Part shown: in pieces, positions 9,835-22,859 of the stretch | Layout of the letters: the number at the start of each line of letters is the position of its first letter | Position numbering within the stretch: position 1 is the stretch's first letter | From: an uncultured Candidatus Binatia bacterium | GTDB lineage: Bacteria; Desulfobacterota; Binatia; UBA9968; CAXXLF01 | Assembly: GCA_965218425.1 (NCBI GenBank) | Contig: OZ244621.1 | Span: 1,376,001-1,440,000, forward strand | DNA length: 64,000 nt | Direction: 5' to 3' | Made by a program: the position numbers and the translations under genes | The notes under the pieces: model-generated | What the model was told of the DNA's origin: nothing | The model's input: the letters and a program-made list of their open reading frames with translations, nothing else | Databases searched by the model: none

Positions 9835-10854
9835 TCAGGAGCCCCTGAGTCTCGGATCCAGGGCATCTCGGAGCCCTTCTCCGACTAAATAATATGCGAG
9901 CACAGTGATAAAGATAGCCGCCCCGGGGAACACTGCCAACCACCAGGCAAAAGAATTACCACGCGCCTCGTTGAGGATGGACCCCCAGGTCACTAAATCC
10001 GCCGGGACACCGATACCGAGAAAACTCAAACTGGATTCCACCAAGATGGCCGCAGCAATGCCAAGGACTACGGAGACCATCACCGGAGCCAAGGCGTTGG
10101 GCAGGATATGATGAAACATCACCTTGCGGCTCGAAACTCCCAAGGCGATGGCAGCCGTTACGTAATCCAGATTTCTAATTCTCAAGAACTCGTTGCGCGT
10201 AAACCTTGCAATCCCTACCCAGCTGGTGAGTCCAATAACCGCCATGGTTAGAAAGATACTCGGCGGCAAGAGAGCCGCAATGGTAATCAACAGGAAAAAG
10301 GTAGGTATCGCCAGCATGAGTTCGAAAAGTCTTGAAATGATCAGATCTACCCAAGAGCCAAAGAATCCGGCCAGTGCCCCTAGAACGATCCCGATAACGA
10401 GCGAGATACCCACAGCCACAAATCCAATGGAGAGGGAGATCCGAGAACCGTGGATAATGCCTGCCATCAAATCGCGTCCCAGTTTATCGGTGCCCAACCA
10501 ATGGGTCCGTGAAGGGTCGCTGAAGGGAACTGTGAGATCAATGCCATTGGACCGATAAGGGATGGGAGGAAAAACGTTCCTCTGGCTGTCGAGCTCTTTA
10601 AAGTTAACATTGAGAAGTTGGGGAGGCCAGCTGACCAAACCCATCTGCACAAGATAACTACGGAAGATGGGGAAATAGGTCCTGTCCTGATACCGCAAAT
10701 AGTAAGGCTTATCGTTGGCCAAGAAGTCGGCAAAGATGGCCACCGCGAAAAGCGTTGCAACCACATAGAGCCCTATGACTGCAAGACGATTACGCTTGAA
10801 CTGCTTCCAGACAAAGGACCGGTAGCTCCGACCGGGACCGTTACTCACAGCCAC
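9835..10854 (-). CDS. Peptide ABC permease (OppC/DppC type)
   Basis: HWLGTDKLGRD, HILPNALAP, GEGLRDALDPR. Confidence 0.95.
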   Translation of the reverse strand: MAVSNGPGRSYRSFVWKQFKRNRLAVIGLYVVATLFAVAIFADFLANDKPYYLRYQDRTYFPIFRSYLVQMGLVSWPPQLLNVNFKELDSQRNVFPPIPYRSNGIDLTVPFSDPSRTHWLGTDKLGRDLMAGIIHGSRISLSIGFVAVGISLVIGIVLGALAGFFGSWVDLIISRLFELMLAIPTFFLLITIAALLPPSIFLTMAVIGLTSWVGIARFTRNEFLRIRNLDYVTAAIALGVSSRKVMFHHILPNALAPVMVSVVLGIAAAILVESSLSFLGIGVPADLVTWGSILNEARGNSFAWWLAVFPGAAIFITVLAYYLVGEGLRDALDPRLRGS

Positions 10855-10911
10855 GGCTCACCGCCGTCGGACAACCCCACAAATAGACTTTAAACATGCT
10901 TCTTTTCATTT

Positions 10912-11940
10912 TCATTCCCGGCGACCAAAGGCAATCCGGGGATCAACCATGGTTAGCAGTATATCAGACAGAAGGATGCCGATCAGGGCCAGAATAGAAC
11001 TCACCGTAAACAGTGCCATGATGGTGGGATAATCCCTCGCCAAGACGGCCTGGTACCCCAATTGTCCCAACCCGGGAATGGAAAAAATCGTCTCTATGAT
11101 AATGCTTCCACCGATCAACCCTGGAAGAATAGATGCCAAGATGGTGACCATAGGTATCAGCGAGTTCTTTAAAACATGTTTGAATATTACCTTATACTCC
11201 GAAAGCCCCTTTGCCCTGGCCGTTCGAACGTAGTCCTGGCCCAGCACCTCCCGCATACCTGTGCGCATATAACGTGATAGGCCCGCGAAGCCCGAGTATG
11301 AAAGTAGGAGCACTGGAAGAAACAGGTGCCACGTCTGATCCGCCAATCGCTGCCATAGAGGCCAGTTGGAGGAATAATCAATAGAGGTAAGCCCAGCAGG
11401 GGGAAATAAATAGAGGAAATCCCCTCCACAGAGAAACACCAGGGCCATGGTACCAGCCCAGACCACGGGCAAGGAAAACAAGACAAAGGCGGATAAGGTC
11501 GTGATCTGATCACCGATGGAATAGGAGTGAGTGGCAGAATAGATTCCCAAAGGAATGGCAACAATGTAAACAACAAGGATGGACAACAGGTTTAGTTTTA
11601 CTGTTACGGGGAGTCGATCGAGTATTTTACCGAATACGGGTTGATTGTCTTTGAGTGAATCGCCGAAATTCAGGGTAAATAGGTTTTTCACCCATACCCC
11701 GTATTGAACGTATAAGGGCCGGTCGAGACCGTATTGCGCCCGCCACTGAGCCAGGGCTTGATCCACGGCACCTCGCTTCTCGGTGGAAATCCCCACCTCC
11801 CCTGCGGCTCCAAGACCACCACCGGCCAGGAGCTCTGCTGGATCCCCCGGGGCAAGGCGCATGATCAGGAAGCTGATCAACGTGATACCTATAAAGGTCG
11901 GGAGAAAAAGGAGGATGCGCTGAAAAATATAGCGCCACAT
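10912..11940 (-). CDS. Peptide ABC permease (OppB/DppB type)
   Basis: DYVRTARAKGL, IETIFSIPGLG, DPRI. Confidence 0.95.
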   Translation of the reverse strand: MWRYIFQRILLFLPTFIGITLISFLIMRLAPGDPAELLAGGGLGAAGEVGISTEKRGAVDQALAQWRAQYGLDRPLYVQYGVWVKNLFTLNFGDSLKDNQPVFGKILDRLPVTVKLNLLSILVVYIVAIPLGIYSATHSYSIGDQITTLSAFVLFSLPVVWAGTMALVFLCGGDFLYLFPPAGLTSIDYSSNWPLWQRLADQTWHLFLPVLLLSYSGFAGLSRYMRTGMREVLGQDYVRTARAKGLSEYKVIFKHVLKNSLIPMVTILASILPGLIGGSIIIETIFSIPGLGQLGYQAVLARDYPTIMALFTVSSILALIGILLSDILLTMVDPRIAFGRRE

Positions 11941-11952
11941 CTTCTGGGTTCA

Positions 11953-13698
11953 CTAAGCGGATGGTTTACCGGTATATTTTTGAGCACCGAGGGGGACCCA
12001 CCATTCCAGAGGCCGGAGCCCGCCGATGGGTAGCACCTCCACGCCTTGGAAGCGCCGCTGCACCGCAGAAACCGCTTTCGGCATAAAGAGAAAGGTGTAG
12101 GGCTGGTCCTCGTGAACAATGCGCTGAAACTCTCGGTAGAGCTCCACACGCTTGTTGAAGTCAAACTCCCGCCGGTAGATCTCCAGGATTTCATCCACCC
12201 GTTGGTTCTTATAGCTTATCATGTTGGAGCCCTTGTTGGCGGATTGGGAAGAATGCCAGACCTGAAAGGCGTCCGGATCGTTGACGCTCATGCCCCATCC
12301 GAGAATCATGGCATCGAAACGATGATTTCTAACGTCATCTAAATAGATGGTCCAATCCAGCTGGCGTACCTTAGCCACAATTCCATGCTTTTCAAGCTCG
12401 TCTTGAAGGATGAGCGCGATGCTCTTGCGCGTGGGGTTCCCCGAGTTGAACTTGATTTCAAAGCGGAAGGGTACCTTCTTGCCATCAATGACCTTGTCCA
12501 ACACCCCGTCTCCATCCGCGTCCTTCCAGCCAGCCTCCTTGAGAAGTCCCAAGGCCTTTTTGGGGTCATAGGGAGTGCTGTTGAGGGTTTTGTCATATTC
12601 CGGGCGGAAATAATAAATGGGGCTATCCACCACCTGACCCAGACCGGACAGAATGGTTTTCACCATCTGATTGCGGTTGGTCAGATAAGTCATTGCCTTT
12701 CGGACCCGCTTGTCCCGGAAAATCGGGTGATTGTTATTCCATCCTATATAGGTGTACCCCGGCGAGAAATAAGTGAACTTTTGGAATTGTTCGTGGAAAC
12801 GACCGCTGCCGGTCTGTTTCAGGTGTTGCAAAGGCTGCAAGCTCATGGTGTCCAAGCCGCCGCTTTTGAGGCTCACGAGGGCCGCGTCCATGTTATTGAT
12901 TACTCGGAATCTGAACAGGTACAGAAAGGTCTGATCGATTCCAGGCTTCCCCTTCCCCCAATATCGATCATCTCGCTCCAACAGAACCTCTTGCCCGGTT
13001 TCCCACTTCAGGAACTTGTAGGGACCGCTCCCCATGGGATTTCGGCTGAAGTTCTTGTTGAAATCATTGGCAAACCGCTTGACCTCCTCTGACAACCCTG
13101 TACCTCCCTGGTTGAGTTCCTGAACGGTCACATTATTTAAAAGATCCTCTGGATCGTAGTAGTGACGTGGCAGGACATCGATACCGCCAAGCACGCTTTC
13201 GTTCAGAAAGTAAGGCTCTTTGGTCACAAACTGGATCGTGAAGTCATCCACGAGCCGAGCATCCACCACCGAGTTGTAGTACACGCGGAGAAAAGGCGCG
13301 TTGACCAGAGGACACTTAATGGCCTTGATGCTGAACAGCACGTCCTCCCCTGTCACAGGATGACCGTCCTGGAATGTGGCATCCTTGCGAATCTTAAAGG
13401 TGTAACTCAGCTTGTCATCCGAAATGGCAGGCCGGGACTCTGCCAACAGGGGCTTTAGCTCAAGGGAGCGGGGATCACGGGTAAGGAGCCCCTGAAAGAC
13501 ATATTGTAGGATGGCACTTGCCCCGGAGTCATTGCTGGTGAGGGGATTGAGCTGCTCTGGATCACTCAGCATGTGCATCAGTAGCCAGTCACCTACGGCC
13601 GGTCCCGTGGCGCCCTTAGGCTCATCCTTGGTCTTGCACCCAACCAGCGAAAGTAACACCACGAGAACGAGCACCATGAAAGGTCTTCTGGAGGACAT
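11953..13698 (-). CDS. Peptide ABC substrate-binding lipoprotein (SBP family 5)
   Basis: Lipobox LVGC, FQDGHPVTGEDV, GSGPYKF, DKRVRKAM; start set at ATG 13698 behind AAGGGG. Confidence 0.93.
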   Translation of the reverse strand: MSSRRPFMVLVLVVLLSLVGCKTKDEPKGATGPAVGDWLLMHMLSDPEQLNPLTSNDSGASAILQYVFQGLLTRDPRSLELKPLLAESRPAISDDKLSYTFKIRKDATFQDGHPVTGEDVLFSIKAIKCPLVNAPFLRVYYNSVVDARLVDDFTIQFVTKEPYFLNESVLGGIDVLPRHYYDPEDLLNNVTVQELNQGGTGLSEEVKRFANDFNKNFSRNPMGSGPYKFLKWETGQEVLLERDDRYWGKGKPGIDQTFLYLFRFRVINNMDAALVSLKSGGLDTMSLQPLQHLKQTGSGRFHEQFQKFTYFSPGYTYIGWNNNHPIFRDKRVRKAMTYLTNRNQMVKTILSGLGQVVDSPIYYFRPEYDKTLNSTPYDPKKALGLLKEAGWKDADGDGVLDKVIDGKKVPFRFEIKFNSGNPTRKSIALILQDELEKHGIVAKVRQLDWTIYLDDVRNHRFDAMILGWGMSVNDPDAFQVWHSSQSANKGSNMISYKNQRVDEILEIYRREFDFNKRVELYREFQRIVHEDQPYTFLFMPKAVSAVQRRFQGVEVLPIGGLRPLEWWVPLGAQKYTGKPSA

Positions 13699-13711
13699 GA
13701 ATCGTATCCCC

Positions 13712-14536
13712 TTAACCACCAAACGATTCAAGGGAGATTTCTCTGACCTGCCTCGGTCGTTGCTGCACGAAGAGAGGCACGGGAATTTCAACATTGATCT
13801 CCGGTTCCCGGTAGCGTATCTGCCATGTCTTGTCCTCGGTGCTGGACTCCAAGGAGATCTTCAACGGGAAGGGACCAGCGGAGGTGGAAACAAAATCGGA
13901 GAAGACCGCACTTAGCTCGCTGTATCCATCGGAGTCCAGACGATCCCATCCGATGGGAACACCCGATGCCGGATCAAAATCGATCCTTTCGCTGCCGCCA
14001 TTGGGAAGAGCTCGCTCAATGGCGTGCCCCCCCCCTTGCCAAGCTCCCCCTCCTTTTACCGGAGGTAATCCTAGAAGAAGGGAGGTCAACTCCGCCAACT
14101 CCAGAGGAATTTGGGTAAAGCGGATGAGATTTCGCTTGGAGCTCACACCGCGATAGAGGATCCTCTTTCGGGGCAGAAACCCTACAACCTCGTCTCCATT
14201 GGCCGTTAACACCAAGATGGCGCCCAAAGGAGAGAGAGTTTCCAGCCGAAGACGGTCCGGGCGGTCAACCAGGAGGGCCACACGGAACCCTCCTCTTTCA
14301 TCTTTGTACTGATAATTGATGGAGGATAAACTCCTCAGTGAAAGAACCTGGTCCGCCTTTTTTAACAGGCCGCGAACTAATTCTTGTGTTGCTGGGCTCT
14401 GGGGGGGGACAGCATCCGGCAGGCTGATGAAAGGACCAACTAGGGCACAACTCCCAAGGGTTAATCCTGCCGTAATCATGAGAGTTGCTCCACATAAAAT
14501 AAAAAGGCCTTTCCGACCCCACTGAAAAAACCTCAA
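13712..14536 (-). CDS. LolB-like / DUF4292 lipoprotein
   Basis: Lipobox LGSC, RPDRLRLETLSPLG; follows the TPR gene as in TPR-lolB pairs. Confidence 0.65.
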   Translation of the reverse strand: MRFFQWGRKGLFILCGATLMITAGLTLGSCALVGPFISLPDAVPPQSPATQELVRGLLKKADQVLSLRSLSSINYQYKDERGGFRVALLVDRPDRLRLETLSPLGAILVLTANGDEVVGFLPRKRILYRGVSSKRNLIRFTQIPLELAELTSLLLGLPPVKGGGAWQGGGHAIERALPNGGSERIDFDPASGVPIGWDRLDSDGYSELSAVFSDFVSTSAGPFPLKISLESSTEDKTWQIRYREPEINVEIPVPLFVQQRPRQVREISLESFGG

Positions 14537-16284
14537 ATTTCTCTCTCCAGGCGTTGGATTTTTTCTTGGATTCTTCGCAACCGATCTTTTTCCTTGGCAC
14601 TCCTCTCGGCTTCGCGATAATGCTGGAGGGCCTGCTGTGGTTTACCAAGCTTCTCATAGGCGTCTCCTAGGTGTTCGATGATCGTGGGATCATCCACCAC
14701 CAACCCCACTGCCCGCTCTAGTTGTTCCACAGCCTTGTCATATTTACCCTTCTGGTAGTAGACCCACCCTAGACTATCGATATAAAACCCGTCATTGGGC
14801 TCAAGCTTGAGTGCCCTCACAACCAAATCCTCGGCTTCGTCCAGAAGAACTCCCATCTCTGCATAGGTGTAACCCAGATAATTCAAAGCGGCCGAGTTTT
14901 TAGGATCCAGCTCGATGGCTTTTTTCATGTGCTCGATGGTCTTGGTCTTGTTCTTATTCTCATCGTAGAGGGCTCCCAGTCGAAAGTGCGCCTGGTCGCT
15001 TTTGGGGTCCAAATCGAGGACTTCTTGTAAGGTTTGAATGGCCATGGGGTAGTCTTTGGCCTTATGGTAGAGCGAGGCAAGTAAGTCAAGCAGCTCTTTT
15101 CTATCCTTGCCCTTCTGTTTTGCCAAAGCTGCCTGAACCGCTTTGATGGCCTTGGAAACATCACCACGGCGGTCATAGATGGAAGCGAGTTGGAGGCGAG
15201 ACTCGGAATAGTATTCGCTCTTTTCCGGGATGCGGGAAAATTCCTCAATAGCCCTTACATCGTCCTTCAGCTGCGCGTAGCTGGCGCCCAGAAAATACCG
15301 CACCCGGTGGCTCTGCGGGTTTCCCGCCAGGACGAGGTTGAATTCTGTGGTTGCCCGGGCAAAATCACGCTTCCCATAGTAAATGAGACCGATTTTGGTC
15401 CTTGTCTCACTGGGATCGGCCTGGTCCGCCTGTAACTTCTGGAATTGCTCTAAAGCCTCGTCCAGTTTGTTTTGTCCAACGTATATCTCGCCCAGCCTCT
15501 TTCTCGCCCACTCATTCTTAGGGCGAGTACCGAGAAGTGATTGATAGGTCCGAATGGCTTCCTCCGTCTTCCCCTGGAGCTCATAAACCAAAGCAAGGTC
15601 CATCAGCGCGGCTTCGGACTTGGGATGCAGTTCAAGGGCCTTTCGGTAACTCTCCTCGGCGTCCAGCAATTTCTTGGTCTCGGCCTGGACCCTCCCCAAG
15701 TAGTAATATCCAAGAACCGACGAGGGATTGAGGGCGATGAGTTTTTCGAGATACTGGACGGCCTTTTCGAAATCTTTTCCTTTGAGATAGAGCGCCCCCA
15801 GATAGAGAAAGGCCTCCTGACTCTTGGGATTTAACTGGAGAACCTTTTGATACTCTTCGATGCCCTTGGAGTCCCGTCCGATGGAGGTATAGAGGCCAGC
15901 TAAAAGTCGACGGGTTTGTAATTCTTCCGGATCCAGCCTGGATGCCTCTTCCGCCTCCTTCAAGGCACGACCTAGCTTCCCCTGGCGCAGGTAAAGGGTG
16001 GCCAGGCGCAACCGCAAAAAGGCATTTGACGGATCGGCCCGAACGGCTGACCCATACTCTTTAAGAGCCGCGGACAAATTTCCTTCCGTAAGGTAAAGTT
16101 GACCCTGAATGAAATGGGCATGGGCCTTGGCCCTAACCGGAACTTTAGTCTTTTCTTTTCCTGCAAAGGGGGCCGGCATCTCCGTAACCGTTTTCCCGGG
16201 CGTGCCTTCGGGAGTCGAAACGGCAGGGGTACAGCTCGGTAGGAGGGCAAACCACAGAATCGCAAAAATGGTCAGAAAGCCCAT
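14533..16284 (-). CDS. Tetratricopeptide repeat lipoprotein
   Basis: Many TPR units; C-terminal ALNYLGY...DSLGWVYY...EHLGDAY. Confidence 0.92.
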   Translation of the reverse strand: MGFLTIFAILWFALLPSCTPAVSTPEGTPGKTVTEMPAPFAGKEKTKVPVRAKAHAHFIQGQLYLTEGNLSAALKEYGSAVRADPSNAFLRLRLATLYLRQGKLGRALKEAEEASRLDPEELQTRRLLAGLYTSIGRDSKGIEEYQKVLQLNPKSQEAFLYLGALYLKGKDFEKAVQYLEKLIALNPSSVLGYYYLGRVQAETKKLLDAEESYRKALELHPKSEAALMDLALVYELQGKTEEAIRTYQSLLGTRPKNEWARKRLGEIYVGQNKLDEALEQFQKLQADQADPSETRTKIGLIYYGKRDFARATTEFNLVLAGNPQSHRVRYFLGASYAQLKDDVRAIEEFSRIPEKSEYYSESRLQLASIYDRRGDVSKAIKAVQAALAKQKGKDRKELLDLLASLYHKAKDYPMAIQTLQEVLDLDPKSDQAHFRLGALYDENKNKTKTIEHMKKAIELDPKNSAALNYLGYTYAEMGVLLDEAEDLVVRALKLEPNDGFYIDSLGWVYYQKGKYDKAVEQLERAVGLVVDDPTIIEHLGDAYEKLGKPQQALQHYREAERSAKEKDRLRRIQEKIQRLEREI

Positions 16285-16504
16285 ATAAACAAATAATTAA
16301 CACACCGCCCAAGGAGGGTCAACGACGTCTGAGTCCTAATACTCTAAAGTGTAGTGCGGCGGGACCCGGTGAATAGTGAGTAGAGGCCAAGGGAGGCGGC
16401 AACAGACTCGGGTCCATTGCTACCGTTACAATGGCTATGGTACGTGATGAGTAAGACCGTTGAGACAGGATATCTGGTTACAAAGGAAGTTATTTTACGG
16501 GGTT

Positions 16505-17461
16505 ATGAGCATTCATCCGGCGATTCAAGGGATCACCCAGGACAATCTTTCCGGATCGCAAGAAATAACCAACAAAGCAAGCCTACTGATCCTTCAACTG
16601 TTACGGGACAGAAAACACCCCTCGCCGGAACTGTTGGGAAGGGACCTGCTCAAAGTCGGCAGCAGGCTTCTCCATGCCCAACCGGTCATGGCCTCCCTCC
16701 TTAACCTGTTTAATACGGCCCTTTCCGCACTCAATGATGTCCCTAGTGGGTCCACTGGAGTTCGGGAGATCCGTTTCACCACAAAAACGTTCATCCGTGA
16801 AATGAATGAACACAACGAGAACATATCCAACCATCTCTTTCGTCAGGTAAGAACAAAGGACACCATTCTAACCTATTCAAGCAGCCGTTCAGTTCGGGAG
16901 GCCCTTCTCCGCTGTTGGAAGAAAGGCAAACGGTTTTCAGTTATCTGTAGCGAGTCCCGCCCAGCCGGCGAAGGTACCCTCCTGGCACGCCGTCTTGTCG
17001 CCGGGGGAATTCCCACTTCCCTTACCACCGACGCCCTCGCCCTGTCCCTTTTGTCCGCCTCCCATGGCAGCGAAGACAGGGTAAACATGATTCTGGTGAG
17101 TGCTGACTCGGTTTCCCCTCGGGGACTTACCAACAAGGCAGGAACACACCCCTTGGCCCTGGTTGCCAATCACACCTCTGTTCCATTTTATGCCCTGGCT
17201 GGAAGTGAGAAGTTCTTCCCTTGGAATTTTCCCGTGGAGAGGATGATTCCGGATGCCCCGCAGAAAGAAGTCCTTGCCCATGCTCCCAGAAAGTTGAAAA
17301 TCATCAATCGTATCTTCGACGTTACCCCCTTAACCAACGTAACCGGTATCATCACTGAAAAAGGGCTATTTACCTCTCAGGAAATGAGAACTCACCTCAA
17401 AAAGCTCCATGTTCATCCCGGACTCATGGCGGCGCTAAAGAAGGTCTATATTCAAAAATAA
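16505..17461 (+). CDS. eIF-2B alpha/beta/delta-like protein (ribose-1,5-bisphosphate isomerase family)
   Basis: QPVMASL, ILTYSSSRSV, ESRPAGEG, SADSV, NKAGT, NRIFDVTP, IITEKG. Confidence 0.85.
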   Translation: MSIHPAIQGITQDNLSGSQEITNKASLLILQLLRDRKHPSPELLGRDLLKVGSRLLHAQPVMASLLNLFNTALSALNDVPSGSTGVREIRFTTKTFIREMNEHNENISNHLFRQVRTKDTILTYSSSRSVREALLRCWKKGKRFSVICSESRPAGEGTLLARRLVAGGIPTSLTTDALALSLLSASHGSEDRVNMILVSADSVSPRGLTNKAGTHPLALVANHTSVPFYALAGSEKFFPWNFPVERMIPDAPQKEVLAHAPRKLKIINRIFDVTPLTNVTGIITEKGLFTSQEMRTHLKKLHVHPGLMAALKKVYIQK

Positions 17462-17480
17462 TTAGGCCCTATCCAATGTT

Positions 17481-19698
<2,218 letters not shown>

Positions 19699-19699
<1 letters not shown>

Positions 19700-20283
19700 T
19701 GGACAAAACCAAGGCCCCGACATTCGGCGAGGGATCCGGGGCATACTCCAACTCCTTTCTCTCGCTGGCACGGTGGATCGACAGCCTAAACGATCGGGTG
19801 GGTCGGACCATCTCTTGGCTCACGGCTATTATGGTGGTGGTCACAACTGCGGACGTGACCATGCGCTATGCTTTTAATACTGGCTTTGTATTCGTCCAAG
19901 AACTTGAATGGCATCTGTTCGCCGTGATTTTCTTGTGCGCCGCCGGCTTTACGCTCTTAAAGGACAGCCATGTTCGGGTGGACATCTTCTATTCGCGGCT
20001 TTCGCTACGTAACAAAGCCTTTGTCAACTTCGCCTTCGCGCTCCTTTTTCTTTTCCCGACATGTTTTCTCCTCATCAAAACTTCGCTTCCTTTCATTGAA
20101 CGTTCCTGGGCGGTCCTGGAAGGCTCACCGGACCCTGGAGGCCTCCCCGCCAGGTACCTTCTGAAGGGAGCCATTCCGGTGGGATTTCTTCTCCTGGCGC
20201 TTCAGGGACTTTCAGAGACCATCAAGAACGCCCATGTGCTCATCCGGCAAAATTCAGTCACCAACCCGAGAAAGAACCCATGA
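19699..20283 (+). CDS. dctQ: TRAP transporter small permease
   Basis: QELEWHL, HVRVDIFY, EGSPDPGGLP. Confidence 0.9.
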
Positions 20284-21599
20284 CGGAACTCCTTCCGGTA
20301 TTGATGTTTCTCGTCTTCACTCTCCTGATCTTGGTAGGTTATCCCATCGCTTTCACTATCTGTGGCACCGCACTTGGTTTTGGACTCTACGCTTTCGGCA
20401 TGAGTTTTTTCGATCTTCTCCCGCTGCGGGTCTGGGGAATCATGACGAATTCCACGCTCATCGCCGTGCCCTTATTTATATTCATGGGAGTCATGCTGGA
20501 ACGATCGGGATTGGCCCAGGAACTACTTGAAACCATGGGGCAGATTTTCGGACGCTTTCCCGGAGGGCTGGCCATATCGGTGGTTGTGGTGGGCGCGCTT
20601 CTGGCGGCTTCAACGGGAATCGTAGGGGCAACCGTGACCACCATGGGGCTCATTGCCCTACCAACAATGATCAGGCGCGGCTACCAAAAGGAACTGGCCT
20701 CCGGTGTGGTCTGCGCTTCGGGTACCCTGGGCCAGATTATTCCGCCCAGCATCGTCCTGGTTCTGGTGGGAGACATACTTGGGGTATCCGTGGGGGAACT
20801 GTTTCTTGGAGCCCTCATACCTGGTGTGGGTCTGGCCGGCATGTACATCGTTTACCTGCTCGTAGTACCCATCGTCCGTCCCGGATTTATGCCGCCCATT
20901 TTCCCCACAGGACATCCAACCCTCAACACAGCCCAACTCTGGATCGGCGCAGCCAAGGCCGTCGTCCCTGCTCTCGCTTTAATGGTTGCCATCCTCGGCT
21001 CCATCTTTTTCGGTATTGCCGCTCCCACTGAGGCCGCTGCCATCGGCGCCTCTGGAGCAGTATGCCTTACCATGATAAACGGGAGATTCAACTTCACAAT
21101 GCTTAGGGAGGTCATGCAAACCACCACTCGTCTCACCAGCATGGTCTTCATCATCCTGGTTGGAGCCACGGCCTTTGGCCTGGCCTTTCGAGGAATGGGA
21201 GGAGACTCACTGGTGCGAAACTTCATCTCCCATCTATCGATTCCACCCTGGGCGGTTTTTGCCAGCATCATGGGAATCGTCTTCGTGCTAGGATTTTTCC
21301 TCGATTTCATCGAGATCGCGTTCATTCACCTCCCCGTGATTGCTCCCATCCTCGGCGAGATGGGATTCGACCCCCTCTGGTACGGGGTCCTGCTCGGCAT
21401 CAACCTGCAGACCTCTTTTCTCACTCCGCCCTTTGGTTTCGCCCTCTTTTACTTGAGGGGAGTGGCACCCCCCGAGCTGACCACAGGCCATATCTACCGT
21501 GGAATTTTACCTTTCGTCATCATTCAGATCATTGGGCTCACCTTGGTCGCCTGTTTCCCCGCTCTGGCCACTTGGCTCCCCAGGCTTTTGGCCCATTAA
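20280..21599 (+). CDS. dctM: TRAP transporter large permease
   Basis: AVPLFIFMG, SGTLGQIIPPS, SFLTPPFGFALFYL. Confidence 0.93.
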   Translation: MTELLPVLMFLVFTLLILVGYPIAFTICGTALGFGLYAFGMSFFDLLPLRVWGIMTNSTLIAVPLFIFMGVMLERSGLAQELLETMGQIFGRFPGGLAISVVVVGALLAASTGIVGATVTTMGLIALPTMIRRGYQKELASGVVCASGTLGQIIPPSIVLVLVGDILGVSVGELFLGALIPGVGLAGMYIVYLLVVPIVRPGFMPPIFPTGHPTLNTAQLWIGAAKAVVPALALMVAILGSIFFGIAAPTEAAAIGASGAVCLTMINGRFNFTMLREVMQTTTRLTSMVFIILVGATAFGLAFRGMGGDSLVRNFISHLSIPPWAVFASIMGIVFVLGFFLDFIEIAFIHLPVIAPILGEMGFDPLWYGVLLGINLQTSFLTPPFGFALFYLRGVAPPELTTGHIYRGILPFVIIQIIGLTLVACFPALATWLPRLLAH

Positions 21600-21670
21600 G
21601 ACTCCCCCGATCTCGAATTTACCGGGTGGGGAACTTGCAGAAACGGACTCGCCGGGATAGGGAAGATCCC

Positions 21671-21967
21671 ATGAGCGACGAAAAAACGCAGGGCAAAGTC
21701 CGCGCCCGTCTTATGATTCGAGGGCGGGTTCAAGGGGTCTTCTTTCGTGCCTCTACGGTCGAATTGGCCCTCCGCCTAGGACTCGGGGGATGGGTGAGAA
21801 ATTGTCGCGATGGCTCCGTCGAGGTGGTGGCGGAAGGGCAAGATAAGAAGGTCGAAGAATTGATCCAATGGTGCCGCCAGGGGCCGGCTGGAGCCCAGGT
21901 CCGAAACGTCCAGCTCCATTGGGAAGAACACCAGGGGGTCTTTGACAGCTTCTCCATCAAGAGATAG
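21671..21967 (+). CDS. acyP: Acylphosphatase
   Basis: GRVQGVFFRA, GWVRNCRDGSVE, GPAGA. Confidence 0.93.
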   Translation: MSDEKTQGKVRARLMIRGRVQGVFFRASTVELALRLGLGGWVRNCRDGSVEVVAEGQDKKVEELIQWCRQGPAGAQVRNVQLHWEEHQGVFDSFSIKR

Positions 21968-21980
21968 GAATGCTCCCTGA

Positions 21981-22249
21981 CTCATCTATCCGCAAAGGCA
22001 ACGCTCCGCAAGGGTGTATGCCTGGCGCCTGAGCCATCGCCGCGCCGGATTTATCCACGCCAGCGTCGGCTCTGCCTTGGAACCCCCCAAGCACAAGCTA
22101 ATCCGCCACTTTGAGCTCTTGTCGCCGACCCTGTAGTGGATGGCAAGGCAGTGACTCAGGAGGGACACCTCACATCATTGGACGACCCTGAGGTGCGCCG
22201 CATAGCCCAAAATCACGGGGTGGCGGACGACGTCCCACAAGAGGACTAG
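21981..22249 (+). pseudogene. Frameshifted C-terminal remnant of an aminopeptidase/M29-like protein
   Basis: Hand translation: RRAGFIHASVG...HFELLSPTL, frameshift near 22134, then VDGKAVTQEGHLTSLDDPEVRRIAQNHG..ED*; no start codon. Confidence 0.5.
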
Positions 22250-22290
22250 ATACCGAATCCAGAAATTGCAATCTAGTCGAATTGAAGATT

Positions 22291-22857
22291 CTACCCTTTG
22301 GCAAGGGCCTGGCGAAAAGCATCCCTGAACTTCACGTTGTATAGACGGCGGAAATCTTCCGGGTACGTTTCGCCGGGCTCAACTTTTAGATCCACGAGGA
22401 TGGGGCCGTCCGACCTCAATATTTGATCGAGATTTCGGTCCCAATCCTCCAGGGAGCTGAATTCATAGGTACGCGGATATCCCGCCTCCCTGGCCAATCC
22501 CGTGAAGCTTAGTCTTCCAACTCCTGGTATGGGCACGCTTCCATTAGTTTCGTAGGTGCCGTTTTCACAAACACAGTGAACAAAATTACGGGGCTGAGCG
22601 TTGGCGATGGTCACCAGGGAGCCAAGGTTCATCAGCAAACTACCGTCCCCGTCCAGAACAATCACCCTTTTGTCGGGTCGACCGAGGGCAATCCCCAGGC
22701 CGTGCGAGGAACCCTGGCCCATGGCCCCGGTAAAGGTATAGTTGAGCTCGCTTGGAGATATACGGATCCACTCCTGCGCAGCCATGTAGACGGCCACGAC
22801 GATTTCACCCTGGCGGTGCCGAGCAAGGACCTTCAAACACTCATCCCGTTTCATCAT
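22291..22857 (-). CDS. ThDP-dependent decarboxylase beta subunit (sulfopyruvate decarboxylase ComE-like)
   Basis: GAMGQ and the DGDGSLLMNLGSL...ENG ThDP motif. Confidence 0.88.
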   Translation of the reverse strand: MMKRDECLKVLARHRQGEIVVAVYMAAQEWIRISPSELNYTFTGAMGQGSSHGLGIALGRPDKRVIVLDGDGSLLMNLGSLVTIANAQPRNFVHCVCENGTYETNGSVPIPGVGRLSFTGLAREAGYPRTYEFSSLEDWDRNLDQILRSDGPILVDLKVEPGETYPEDFRRLYNVKFRDAFRQALAKG

Positions 22858-22859
22858 GG

